From: the human T2T-CHM13v2.0 reference genome, Homo sapiens
Length of the DNA stretch: 64,000 nt
Strand: one strand, 5' to 3'
Assembly: GCF_009914755.1 (NCBI RefSeq)
Contig: NC_060931.1
Shown here piece by piece: positions 1 to 12,698 of the stretch (positions are counted from its first letter, which is position 1; each line of letters opens with the position of its first letter). The notes under the pieces are model-generated. The model saw only the letters and a list, made by a program, of their open reading frames with translations. It searched no databases and was not told the DNA's origin. A program made the position numbers and the translations under genes.

Positions 1-48
1 CACACTGTTTGTAAAGTCTGCAATTGGATATATGGACCTGTTTGAGGC

Positions 49-65
49 CTCCGTTGGAAACGGGA
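49..65 (+). promoter_or_regulatory. CENP-B box of dimer C, disrupted allele CTCCGTTGGAAACGGGA (representative)
   Basis: TTCG>TCCG change in the essential core NTTCGNNNNANNCGGGN. The allele recurs in about 27 HORs in the window. Confidence 0.85.
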
Positions 66-728
66 TTTCTTCATTGAATGCTAGACGGAAGAATTCTCAG
101 TAAATTCTTTGTGTTGTGTGCATTGAACTCACAGAGTGGAACGTCCCTTTAGACAGAGCAGATTTGAAACACTCTTTTTGCGGAATTTGCAAGTGGAGAT
201 TTCTAGCCATTTGATGCCAACAGTAGAAAGGGAAATATCTTCAAATAAAAACCAGACAGAATCATTCTCAGAAAATTCTTTGTGATGTGTGCGTTCAACT
301 CACATAGTTTAACCTTTCTTTTCATAGAGCAGTTTGGAAACACTCTGTTTGTAAAGTCTGCAAGTGGATATATGGACCGCATTGAGGCCTTCGTTGGAAA
401 GGGGATTTCTTCATTTCATGCTAGACAGAAGAATTCTCAGTAACTTCTTTGTGCTGTGTGTATTCAACTCACAGAGTGGAACATCCCTTTGCACAGAGCA
501 GATTTGAAACACTCTTTTTGTGGAGTTTGCAAGTGGAGATTTCAAGCGATTTGATGCCAACAGTAGAAAAGGAAATATCTTCAAATAAAAACTAGACAGA
601 ATCATTCTCAGAAACTACTTTGTGATGTGTGCCTTCAACTCACAGAGTTTAACCTTTCTTTTCTTAGAGCAGTTTAGAATCACTCTGCTTGTTATGTCTG
701 CAAGTGGATATTTGGACCTCTTTGAGGC

Positions 729-745
729 CTTCGTTGCAAACGGGG
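729..745 (+). promoter_or_regulatory. CENP-B box of dimer B, CTTCGTTGCAAACGGGG (representative)
   Basis: Differs from the consensus only at non-essential positions; the nine core bases are intact. Present once per HOR. Confidence 0.85.
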
Positions 746-1070
746 TTTCTTCCTTTAATGCTAGACTAAGAAGAGTTCTCAGTAACTTTTTTGTGTTGTG
801 TGTATTCAACTCACAGAGTTGAACCTTGCTTTAGAGAGAGCAGATTTGAAACACTCTCGCTGTGGCATTTTCAGGTGGAGATTTCAAGCGATTTGAGGAC
901 AATTGCAGAAAAGGAAATATCTTCGTATAATAACCAGACAGAATCATTCTCAGAAAGTGCTTTGTGATGTGTGCGTTCAACTCACAGAGTTTAACCTTTC
1001 TTTTCATAGAGGAGTTTGGAAACACACTGTTTGTAAAGTCTGCAAGTGGATATATGGACCTGTTTGAGGC

Positions 1071-1087
1071 CTTCGTTGGAAACGGGA
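1071..1087 (+). promoter_or_regulatory. CENP-B box of dimer C, canonical CTTCGTTGGAAACGGGA (representative)
   Basis: Exact match to the 17 bp CENP-B box consensus. Confidence 0.93.
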
Positions 1088-1410
1088 TTTCTTCATTGAA
1101 TGCTAGACGGAAGAATTCTCAGTAAATTCTTTGTGTTGTGTGCATTCAACTCAGAGAGTGGAACGTCCCTTTAGACAGAGCAGATTTGAAACACTCTTTT
1201 TGCGGAATTTGCAAGTGGAGATTTCTAGCCATTTGATGCCAACAGTAGAAAGGGAAATATCTTCAAATAAAAACCAGACAGAATCATTCTCAGAAAATTC
1301 TTTGTGATGTGTGCGTTCAACTCACATAGTTTAACCTTTCTTTTCATAGAGCAGTTTGGAAACACTCTGTTTGTAAAGTCTGCAAGTGGATATATGGACC
1401 GCATTGAGGC

Positions 1411-1427
1411 CTTCGTTGGAAACGGGA
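1411..1427 (+). promoter_or_regulatory. CENP-B box of dimer A, canonical CTTCGTTGGAAACGGGA (representative)
   Basis: Exact match to the consensus, 340 bp after the dimer C box. Boxes are spaced 340/340/342 bp. Confidence 0.93.
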
Positions 1428-3838
1428 TTTCTTCATTTCATGCTAGACAGAAGAATTCTCAGTAACTTCTTTGTGCTGTGTGTATTCAACTCACAGAGTG
1501 GAACGTCCCTTTACACAGAGCAGATTTGAAACACTCTTTTTGTGGAGTTTGCAAGTGGAGATTTCAAGCGATTTGATGCCAACAGTAGAAAAGGAAATAT
1601 CTTCAAATAAAAACTAGACAGAATCATTCTCAGAAACTACTTTGTGATGTGTGCCTTCAACTCACAGAGTTCAACCTTTCTTTTCTTAGAGCAGTTTAGA
1701 AACACTCTGCTTCTTATGTCTGCAAGTGGATATTTGGACCTCTTTGAGGCCTTCGTTGCAAACGGGGTTTCTTCCTTTAATGCTAGACTAAGAAGAGTTC
1801 TCAGTAACTTTTTTGTGTTGTGTGTATTCAACTCAGAGAGTTGAACCTTGCTTTAGAGAGAGCAGATTTGAAACACTCTCGCTGTGGAATTTTCAGGTGG
1901 AGATTTCAAGCGATTTGAGGACAATTGCAGAAAAGGAAATATCTTCGTATAATAACCAGACAGAATCATTCTCAGAAAGTGCTTTGTGATGTGTGCGTTC
2001 AACTCACAGAGTTTAACCTTTCTTTTCATAGAGGAGTTTGGAAACACACTGTTTGTAAAGTCTGCAATTGGATATATGGACCTGTTTGAGGCCTTCGTTG
2101 GAAACGGGATTTCTTCATTGAATGCTAGACGGAAGGATTCTCAGTAAATTCTTTGTGTTGTGTGCATTCAACTCACAGAGTGGAACGTCCCTTTAGACAG
2201 AGCAGATTTGAAACACTCTTTTTGCGGAATTTGCAAGTGGAGATTTCTAGCCATTTGATGCCAACAGTAGAAAGGGAAATATCTTCAAATAAAAACCAGA
2301 CAGAATCATTCTCAGAAAATTCTTTGTGATGTGTGCGTTCAACTCACATAGTTTAACCTTTCTTTTCATAGAGCAGTTTGGAAACACTCTGTTTGTAAAG
2401 TCTGCAAGTGGATATATGGACCGCATTGAGGCCTTCGTTGGAAACGGGATTTCTTCATTTCATACTAGACAGAAGAATTCTCAGTAACTTCTTTGTGCTG
2501 TGTGTATTCAACTCACAGAGTGGAACGTCCCTTTGCACAGAGCAGATTTGAAACACTCTTTTTGTGGAGTTTGCAAGTGGAGATTTCAAGCGATTTGATG
2601 CCAACAGTAGAAAAGGAAATATCTTCAAATAAAAACTAGACAGAATCATTCTCAGAAACTACTTTGTGATGTGTGCCTTTAACTCACAGAGTTTAACCTT
2701 TCTTTTCTTAGAGCAGTTTAGAAACACTCTGCTTGTTATGTCTGCAAGTGGATATTTGGACCTCTTTGAGGCCTTCGTTGCAAACGGGGTTTCTTCCTTT
2801 AATGCTAGACTAAGAAGAGTTCTCAGTAACTTTTTTGTGTTGTGTGTATTCAACTCACAGAGTTGAACCTTGCTTTAGAGAGAGCAGATTTGAAACACTC
2901 TTGCTGTGGCATTTTCAGGTGGAGATTTCAAGCGATTTGAGGACAATTGCAGAAAAGGAAATATCTTCGTATAATAACCAGACAGAATCATTCTCAGAAA
3001 GTGCTTTGTGATGTGTGCGTTCAACTCACAGAGTTTAACCTTTCTTTTCATAGAGGAGTTTGGAAACACACTGTTTGTAAAGTCTGCAATTGGATATATG
3101 GACCTGTTTGAGGCCTCCGTTGGAAACGGGATTTCTTCATTGAATGCTAGACGGAAGAATTCTCAGTAAATTCTTTGTGTTGTGTGCATTCAACTCACAG
3201 AGTGGAACGTCCCTTTAGACAGAGCAGATTTGAAACACTCTTTTTGCGGAATTTGCAAGTGGAGATTTCTAGCCATTTGATGCCAACAGTAGAAAGGGAA
3301 ATATCTTCAAATAAAAACCAGACAGAATCATTCTCAGAAAATTCTTTGTGATGTGTGCGTTCAACTCACATAGTTTAACCTTTCTTTTCATAGAGCAGTT
3401 TGGAAACACTCTGTTTGTAAAGTCTGCAAGTGGATATATGGACCGCATTGAGGCCTTCGTTGGAAACGGGATTTCTTCATTTCATGCTAGACAGAAGAAT
3501 TCTCAGTAACTTCTTTGTGCTGTGTGTATTCAACTCACAGAGTGGAACGTCCCTTTGCACAGAGCAGATTTGAAACACTCTTTTTGTGGAGTTTGCAAGT
3601 GGAGATTTCAAGCGATTTGATGCCAACAGTAGAAAAGGAAATATCTTCAAATAAAAACTAGACAGAATCATTCTCAGAAACTACTTTGTGATGTGTGCCT
3701 TCAACTCACAGAGTTTAACCTTTCTTTTCTTAGAGCAGTTTAGAAACACTCTGCTTGTTATGTCTGCAAGTGGATATTTGGACCTCTTTGAGGCCTTCGT
3801 TGCAAACGGGGTTTCTTCCTTTAATGCTAGACTAAGAA

Positions 3839-4520
3839 GAGTTCTCAGTAACTTTTTTGTGTTGTGTGTATTCAACTCACAGAGTTGAACCTTGCTTTAG
3901 AGAGAGCAGATTTGAAACACTCTTGCTGTGGCATTTTCAGGTGGAGATTTCAAGCGATTTGAGGACAATTGCAGAAAAGGAAATATCTTCGTATAATAAC
4001 CAGACAGAATCATTCTCAGAAAGTGCTTTGTGATGTGTGCGTTCAACTCACAGAGTTTAACCTTTCTTTTCATAGAGGAGCTTCGAAACACACTGTTTGT
4101 AAAGTCTGCAATTGGATATATGGACCACATTGAGGCCTCCGTTGGAAACGGGATTTCTTCATTGAATGCTAGACGGAAGAATTCTCAGTAAATTCTTTGT
4201 GTTGTGTGCATTGAACTCACAGAGTGGAACGTCCCTTTACACAGAGCAGATTTGAAACACTCTTTTTGCGGAATTTGCAAGTGGAGATTTCTAGCCATTT
4301 GATGCCAACAGTAGAAAGGGAAATATCTTCAAATAAAAACCAGACAGAATCATTCTCAGAAAATTCTTTGTGATGTGTGCCTTCAACTCACAGAGTTTAA
4401 CCTTTCTTTTCTTAGAGCAGTTTAGAAACACTCTGCTTGTTATGTCTGCAAGTGGATATTTGGACCTCTTTGAGGCCTTCGTTGCAAACGGGGTTTTTTC
4501 CTTTAATGCTAGACTAAGAA
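3839..4520 (+). repeat. 4-mer HOR variant type 1 (682 bp; dimer C + hybrid A/B dimer)
   Basis: Anchor spacing is 682 bp. A-type gaaaattc joins B-type gtgccttcaactcacagag across 4366-4380. Confidence 0.92.
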
Positions 4521-5202
4521 GAGTTCTCAGTAACTTTTTTGAGTTGTGTGTATTCAACTCACAGAGTTGAACCTTGCTTTAGAGAGAGCAGATTTGAAAC
4601 ACTCTTGCTGTGGCATTTTCAGGTGGAGATTTCAAGCGATTTGAGGACAATTGCAGAAAAGGAAATATCTTCGTATAATAACCAGACAGAATCATTCTCA
4701 GAAAATTCTTTGTGATGTGTGCGTTCAACTCACATAGTTTAACCTTTCTTTTCATAGAGCAGTTTGGAAACACTCTGTTTGTAAAGTCTGCAAGTGGATA
4801 TATGGACCGCATTGAGGCCTTCGTTGGAAACGGGATTTCTTCATTTCATGCTAGGCAGAAGAATTCTCAGTAACTTCTTTGTGCTGTGTGTATTCAACTC
4901 ACAGAGTGGAACATCCCTTTGCACAGAGCAGATTTGAAACACTCTTTTTGTGGAGTTTGCAAGTGGAGATTTCAAGCGATTTGATGCCAACAGTAGAAAA
5001 GGAAATATCTTCAAATAAAAACTAGACAGAATCATTCTCAGAAACTACTTTGTGATGTGTGCCTTCAACTCACAGAGTTTAACCTTTCTTTTCTTAGAGC
5101 AGTTTAGAATCACTCTGCTTGTTATGTCTGCAAGTGGATATTTGGACCTCTTTGAGGCCTTCGTTGCAAACGGGGTTTCTTCCTTTAATGCTAGACTAAG
5201 AA
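4521..5202 (+). repeat. 4-mer HOR variant type 2 (682 bp; hybrid C/A dimer + dimer B), unique in window
   Basis: C-type cttcgtataat joins A-type gaaaattctt...cacatag across 4680-4704. Confidence 0.92.
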
Positions 5203-8200
5203 GAGTTCTCAGTAACTTTTTTGTGTTGTGTGTATTCAACTCACAGAGTTGAACCTTGCTTTAGAGAGAGCAGATTTGAAACACTCTCGCTGTGGCATTT
5301 TCAGGTGGAGATTTCAAGCGATTTGAGGACAATTGCAGAAAAGGAAATATCTTCGTATAATAACCAGACAGAATCATTCTCAGAAAGTGCTTTGTGATGT
5401 GTGCGTTCAACTCACAGAGTTTAACCTTTCTTTTCATAGAGGAGTTTGGAAACACACTGTTTGTAAAGTCTGCAAGTGGATATATGGACCTGTTTGAGGC
5501 CTTCGTTGGAAACGGGATTTCTTCATTGAATGCTAGACGGAAGAATTCTCAGTAAATTCTTTGTGTTGTGTGCATTCAACTCACAGAGTGGAACGTCCCT
5601 TTAGACAGAGCAGATTTGAAACACTCTTTTTGCGGAATTTGCAAGTGGAGATTTCTAGCCATTTGATGCCAACAGTAGAAAGGGAAATATCTTCAAATAA
5701 AAACCAGACAGAATCATTCTCAGAAAATTCTTTGTGATGTGTGCGTTCAACTCACATAGTTTAACCTTTCTTTTCATAGAGCAGTTTGGAAACACTCTGT
5801 TTGTAAAGTCTGCAAGTGGATATATGGACCGCATTGAGGCCTTCGTTGGAAACGGGATTTCTTCATTTCATGCTAGACAGAAGAATTCTCAGTAACTTCT
5901 TTGTGCTGTGTGTATTCAACTCACAGAGTGGAACGTCCCTTTACACAGAGCAGATTTGAAACACTCTTTTTGTGGAGTTTGCAAGTGGAGATTTCAAGCG
6001 ATTTGATGCCAACAGTAGAAAAGGAAATATCTTCAAATAAAAACTAGACAGAATCATTCTCAGAAACTACTTTGTGATGTGTGCCTTCAACTCACAGAGT
6101 TCAACCTTTCTTTTCTTAGAGCAGTTTAGAAACACTCTGCTTCTTATGTCTGCAAGTGGATATTTGGACCTCTTTGAGGCCTTCGTTGCAAACGGGGTTT
6201 CTTCCTTTAATGCTAGACTAAGAAGAGTTCTCAGTAACTTTTTTGTGTTGTGTGTATTCAACTCAGAGAGTTGAACCTTGCTTTAGAGAGAGCAGATTTG
6301 AAACACTCTCGCTGTGGAATTTTCAGGTGGAGATTTCAAGCGATTTGAGGACAATTGCAGAAAAGGAAATATCTTCGTATAATAACCAGACAGAATCATT
6401 CTCAGAAAGTGCTTTGTGATGTGTGCGTTCAACTCACAGAGTTTAACCTTTCTTTTCATAGAGGAGTTTGGAAACACACTGTTTGTAAAGTCTGCAATTG
6501 GATATATGGACCTGTTTGAGGCCTTCGTTGGAAACGGGATTTCTTCATTGAATGCTAGACGGAAGGATTCTCAGTAAATTCTTTGTGTTGTGTGCATTCA
6601 ACTCACAGAGTGGAACGTCCCTTTAGACAGAGCAGATTTGAAACACTCTTTTTGCGGAATTTGCAAGTGGAGATTTCTAGCCATTTGATGCCAACAGTAG
6701 AAAGGGAAATATCTTCAAATAAAAACCAGACAGAATCATTCTCAGAAAATTCTTTGTGATGTGTGCGTTCAACTCACATAGTTTAACCTTTCTTTTCATA
6801 GAGCAGTTTGGAAACACTCTGTTTGTAAAGTCTGCAAGTGGATATATGGACCGCATTGAGGCCTTCGTTGGAAACGGGATTTCTTCATTTCATACTAGAC
6901 AGAAGAATTCTCAGTAACTTCTTTGTGCTGTGTGTATTCAACTCACAGAGTGGAACGTCCCTTTGCACAGAGCAGATTTGAAACACTCTTTTTGTGGAGT
7001 TTGCAAGTGGAGATTTCAAGCGATTTGATGCCAACAGTAGAAAAGGAAATATCTTCAAATAAAAACTAGACAGAATCATTCTCAGAAACTACTTTGTGAT
7101 GTGTGCCTTTAACTCACAGAGTTTAACCTTTCTTTTCTTAGAGCAGTTTAGAAACACTCTGCTTGTTATGTTTGCAAGTGGATATTTGGACCTCTTTGAG
7201 GCCTTCGTTGCAAACGGGGTTTCTTCCTTTAATGCTAGACTAAGAAGAGTTCTCAGTAACTTTTTTGTGTTGTGTGTATTCAACTCACAGAGTTGAACCT
7301 TGCTTTAGAGAGAGCAGATTTGAAACACTCTTGCTGTGGCATTTTCAGGTGGAGATTTCAAGCGATTTGAGGACAATTGCAGAAAAGGAAATATCTTCGT
7401 ATAATAACCAGACAGAATCATTCTCAGAAAGTGCTTTGTGATGTGTGCGTTCAACTCACAGAGTTTAACCTTTCTTTTCATAGAGGAGTTTGGAAACACA
7501 CTGTTTGTAAAGTCTGCAATTGGATATATGGACCTGTTTGAGGCCTCCGTTGGAAACGGGATTTCTTCATTGAATGCTAGACGGAAGAATTCTCAGTAAA
7601 TTCTTTGTGTTGTGTGCATTCAACTCACAGAGTGGAACGTCCCTTTAGACAGAGCAGATTTGAAACACTCTTTTTGCGGAATTTGCAAGTGGAGATTTCT
7701 AGCCATTTGATGCCAACAGTAGAAAGGGAAATATCTTCAAATAAAAACCAGACAGAATCATTCTCAGAAAATTCTTTGTGATGTGTGCGTTCAACTCACA
7801 TAGTTTAACCTTTCTTTTCATAGAGCAGTTTGGAAACACTCTGTTTGTAAAGTCTGCAAGTGGATATATGGACCGCATTGAGGCCTTCGTTGGAAACGGG
7901 ATTTCTTCATTTCATGCTAGACAGAAGAATTCTCAGTAACTTCTTTGTGCTGTGTGTATTCAACTCACAGAGTGGAACGTCCCTTTGCACAGAGCAGATT
8001 TGAAACACTCTTTTTGTGGAGTTTGCAAGTGGAGATTTCAAGCGATTTGATGCCAACAGTAGAAAAGGAAATATCTTCAAATAAAAACTAGACAGAATCA
8101 TTCTCAGAAACTACTTTGTGATGTGTGCCTTCAACTCACAGAGTTTAACCTTTCTTTTCTTAGAGCAGTTTAGAAACACTCTGCTTGTTATGTCTGCAAG

Positions 8201-8268
8201 TGGATATTTGGACCTCTTTGAGGCCTTCGTTGCAAACGGGGTTTCTTCCTTTAATGCTAGACTAAGAA

Positions 8269-8950
8269 GAGTTCTCAGTAACTTTTTTGTGTTGTGTGTA
8301 TTCAACTCACAGAGTTGAACCTTGCTTTAGAGAGAGCAGATTTGAAACACTCTTGCTGTGGCATTTTCAGGTGGAGATTTCAAGCGATTTGAGGACAATT
8401 GCAGAAAAGGAAATATCTTCGTATAATAACCAGACAGAATCATTCTCAGAAAGTGCTTTGTGATGTGTGCGTTCAACTCACAGAGTTTAACCTTTCTTTT
8501 CATAGAGGAGCTTCGAAACACACTGTTTGTAAAGTCTGCAATTGGATATATGGACCGCATTGAGGCCTCCGTTGGAAACGGGATTTCTTCATTGAATGCT
8601 AGACGGAAGAATTCTCAGTAAATTCTTTGTGTTGTGTGCATTGAACTCACAGAGTGGAACGTCCCTTTACACAGAGCAGATTTGAAACACTCTTTTTGCG
8701 GAATTTGCAAGTGGAGATTTCTAGCCATTTGATGCCAACAGTAGAAAGGGAAATATCTTCAAATAAAAACCAGACAGAATCATTCTCAGAAAATTCTTTG
8801 TGATGTGTGCCTTCAACTCACAGAGTTTAACCTTTCTTTTCTTAGAGCAGTTTAGAAACACTCTGCTTGTTATGTCTGCAAGTGGATATTTGGACCTCTT
8901 TGAGGCCTTCGTTGCAAACGGGGTTTTTTCCTTTAATGCTAGACTAAGAA
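8269..8950 (+). repeat. 4-mer HOR variant type 1
   Basis: 682 bp spacing (8327 to 9009); same A/B junction at 8796-8810. Confidence 0.92.
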
Positions 8951-11900
8951 GAGTTCTCAGTAACTTTTTTGAGTTGTGTGTATTCAACTCACAGAGTTGA
9001 ACCTTGCTTTAGAGAGAGCAGATTTGAAACACTCTTGCTGTGGCATTTTCAGGTGGAGATTTCAAGCGATTTGAGGACAATTGCAGAAAAGGAAATATCT
9101 TCGTATAATAACCAGACAGAATCATTCTCAGAAAGTGCTTTGTGATGTGTGCGTTCAACTCACAGAGTTTAACCTTTCTTTTCATAGAGGAGTTTGGAAA
9201 CACACTGTTTGTAAAGTCTGCAATTGGATATATGGACCTGTTTGAGGCCTTCGTTGGAAACGGGATTTCTTCATTGAATGCTAGACGGAAGAATTCTCAG
9301 TAAATTCTTTGTGTTGTGTGCATTCAACTCACAGAGTGGAACGTCCCTTTAGACAGAGCAGATTTGAAACACTCTTTTTGCGGAATTTGCAAGTGGAGAT
9401 TTCTAGCCATTTGATGCCAACAGTAGAAAGGGAAATATCTTCAAATAAAAACCAGACAGAATCATTCTCAGAAAATTCTTTGTGATGTGTGCGTTCAACT
9501 CACATAGTTTAACCTTTCTTTTCATAGAGCAGTTTGGAAACACTCTGTTTGTAAAGTCTGCAAGTGGATCTATGGACCGCATTGAGGCCTTCGTTGGAAA
9601 CGGGATTTCTTCATTTCATGCTAGACAGAAGAATTCTCAGTAACTTCTTTGTGCTGTGTGTATTCAACTCACAGAGTGGAACGTCCCTTTACACAGAGCA
9701 GATTTGAAACACTCTTTTTGTGGAGTTTGCAAGTGGAGATTTCAAGCGATTTGATGCCAACAGTAGAAAATGAAATATCTTCAAATAAAAACTAGACAGA
9801 ATCATTCTCAGAAACTACTTTGTGATGTGTGCCTTCAACTCACAGAGTTTAACCTTTCTTTTCTTAGAGCAGTTTAGAAACACTCTGCTTGTTATGTCTG
9901 CAAGTGGATATTTGGACCTCTTTGAGGCCTTCGTTGCAAAAGGGGTTTCTTCCTTTAATGCTAGACTAAGAAGAGTTCTCAGTAACTTTTTTGTGTTGTG
10001 TGTATTCAACTCACAGAGTTGAACCTTGCTTTAGAGAGAGCAGATTTGAAACACTCTCGCTGTGGAATTTTCAGGTGGAGATTTCAAGCGATTTGAGGAC
10101 AATTGCAGAAAAGGAAATATCTTCGTATAATAACCAGACAGAATCATTCTCAGAAAGTGCTTTGTGATGTGTGCGTTCAACTCACAGAGTTTAACCTTTC
10201 TTTTCATAGAGGAGTTTGGAAACACACTGTTTGTAAAGTCTGCAATTGGATATATGGACCTGTTTGAGGCCTACGTTGGAAACGGGATTTCTTCATTGAA
10301 TGCTAGACGGAAGAATTCTCAGTAAATTCTTTGTGTTGTGTGCATTCAACTCACAGAGTGGAACGTCCCTTTAGACAGAGCAGATTTGAAACACTCTTTT
10401 TGCGGAATTTGCAAGTGGAGATTTCTAGCCATTTGTTGCCAACAGTAGAAAGGGAAATATCTTCAAATAAAAACCAGACAGAATCATTCTCAGAAAATTC
10501 TTTGTGATGTGTGCTTTCAACTCACATAGTTTAACCTTTCTTTTCATAGAGCAGTTTGGAAACACTCTGTTTGTAAAGTCTGCAAGTGGATATATGGACC
10601 GCATTGAGGCCTTCGTTGGAAACGGGATTTCTTCATTTCATGCTAGACAGAAGAATTCTCAGTAACTTCTTTGTGCTGTGTGTATTCAACTCACAGAGTG
10701 GAACGTCCCTTTGCACAGAGCAGATTTGAAACACTCTTTTTGTGGAGTTTGCAAGTGGAGATTTCAAGCGATTTGATGCCAACAGTAGAAAAGGAAATAT
10801 CTTCAAATAAAAACTAGACAGAATCATTCTCAGAAACTACTTTGTGATGTGTGCCTTTAACTCACAGAGTTTAACCTTTCTTTTCTTAGAGCAGTTTAGA
10901 AACACTCTGCTTGTTATGTCTGCAAGTGGATATTTGGACCTCTTTGAGGCCTTCGTTGCAAACGGGGTTTCTTCCTTTCATGCTAGACTAAGAAGAGTTC
11001 TCAGTAACTTTTTTGTGTTTTGTGTATTCAACTCACAGAGTTGAACCTTGCTTTAGAGAGAGCAGATTTGAAACACTCTTGCTGTGGCATTTTCAGGTGG
11101 AGATTTCAAGCGATTTGAGGACAATTGCAGAAAAGGAAATATCTTCGTATAATAACCAGACAGAATCATTCTCAGAAAGTGCTTTGTGATGTGTGCGTTC
11201 AACTCACAGAGTTTAACCTTTCTTTTCATAGAGGAGTTTGGAAACACACTGTTTGTAAAGTCTGCAATTGGATATATGGACCTGTTTGAGGCCTCCGTTG
11301 GAAACGGGATTTCTTCATTGAATGCTAGACGGAAGAATTCTCAGTAAATTCTTTGTGTTGTGTGCATTCAACTCACAGAGTGGAACGTCCCTTTAGACAG
11401 AGCAGATTTGAAACACTCTTTTTGCGGAATTTGCAAGTGGAGATTTCTAGCCATTTGATGCCAACAGTAGAAAGGGAAATATCTTCAAATAAAAACCAGA
11501 CAGAATCATTCTCAGAAAATTCTTTGTGATGTGTGCGTTCAACTCACATAGTTTAACCTTTCTTTTCATAGAGCAGTTTGGAAACACTCTGTTTGTAAAG
11601 TCTGCAAGTGGATATATGGACCGCATTGAGGCCTTCGTTGGAAACGGGATTTCTTCATTTCATGCTAGACAGAAGAATTCTCAGTAACTTCTTTGTGCTG
11701 TGTGTATTCAACTCACAGAGTGGAACGTCCCTTTGCACAGAGCAGATTTGAAACACTCTTTTTGTGGAGTTTGCAAGTGGAGATTTCAAGCGATTTGATG
11801 CCAACAGTAGAAAAGGAAATATCTTCAAATAAAAACTAGACAGAATCATTCTCAGAAACTACTTTGTGATGTGTGCCTTCAACTCACAGAGTTTAACCTT

Positions 11901-12016
11901 TCTTTTCTTAGAGCAGTTTAGAAACACTCTGCTTGTTATGTCTGCAAGTGGATATTTGGACCTCTTTGAGGCCTTCGTTGCAAACGGGGTTTCTTCCTTT
12001 AATGCTAGACTAAGAA

Positions 12017-12698
12017 GAGTTCTCAGCAACTTTTTTGTGTTGTGTGTATTCAACTCAAAGAGTTGAACCTTGCTTTAGAGAGAGCAGATTTGAAACACTC
12101 TTGCTGTGGAATTTTCAGGTGGAGATTTCAAGCGATTTGAGGACAATTGCAGAAAAAGAAATATCTTCGTATAATAACCAGACAGAATCATTCTCAGAAA
12201 GTGCTTTGTGATGTGTGCGTTCAACTCACAGAGTTTAACCTTTCTTTTCATAGAGGAGCTTGGAAACACACTGTTTGTAAAGTCTGCAATTGGATATATG
12301 GACCGCATTGAGGCCTCCGTTGGAAACGGGATTTCTTCATTGAATGCTAGACGGAAGAATTCTCAGTAAATTCTTTGTGTTGTGTGCATTGAACTCACAG
12401 AGTGGAACGTCCCTTTACACAGAGCAGATTTGAAACACTCTTTTTGCGGAATTTGCAAGTGGAGATTTCTAGCCATTTGATGCCAACAGTAGAAAGGGAA
12501 ATATCTTCAAATAAAAACCAGACAGAATCATTCTCAGAAAATTCTTTGTGATGTGTGCCTTCAACTCACAGAGTTTAACCTTTCTTTTCTTAGAGCAGTT
12601 TAGAAACACTCTGCTTGTTATGTCTGCAAGTGGATATTTGGACCTCTTTGAGGCCTTCGTTGCAAACGGGGTTTTTTCCTTTAATGCTAGACTAAGAA
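12017..12698 (+). repeat. 4-mer HOR variant type 1
   Basis: 682 bp spacing (12075 to 12757); junction at 12544-12558. Confidence 0.92.

Larger units (their letters stand above)
91..1112 (+). repeat. First complete canonical 6-mer HOR: dimer A 91-430 (340 bp), dimer B 431-772 (342 bp), dimer C 773-1112 (340 bp)
   Basis: GAATTC at 91, 431 and 1113, with degenerate GAGTTC at 773. Dimer B ends with a 2 bp insertion (ctagacTAagaa versus ctagacagaa). Confidence 0.95.
275..9134 (+). repeat. Tandem duplication, 2 x 4430 bp (26 monomers)
   Basis: Rare variants repeat at +4430: acatccc 483/4913, agaatcact 680/5110, ggaaggattc 2136/6566, cttcgaaaca 4081/8511, gagttgtgtg 4541/8971. ORF variants 615/5045, 1637/6067 and 4291/8721 match. 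Confidence 0.9.

Noticed and set aside
265-273. Short dyads such as ttctcagaa, aggcct and caattg as possible hairpin or cruciform signals
   Set aside because: Stems are only 3-4 bp and are ordinary parts of the alphoid monomer, so they give no specific evidence of structure.
555-580. pJ-alpha (A-box) site in the monomers lacking CENP-B boxes
   Set aside because: The position is right (…agtagaaaaggaa), but the match to the consensus as I recall it is only partial, so a functional site cannot be supported.
4291-4557. Longer 88 aa and 77 aa ORFs
   Set aside because: They are read-through products of 4-mer junctions or single stop-loss SNPs, useful only as structural markers.
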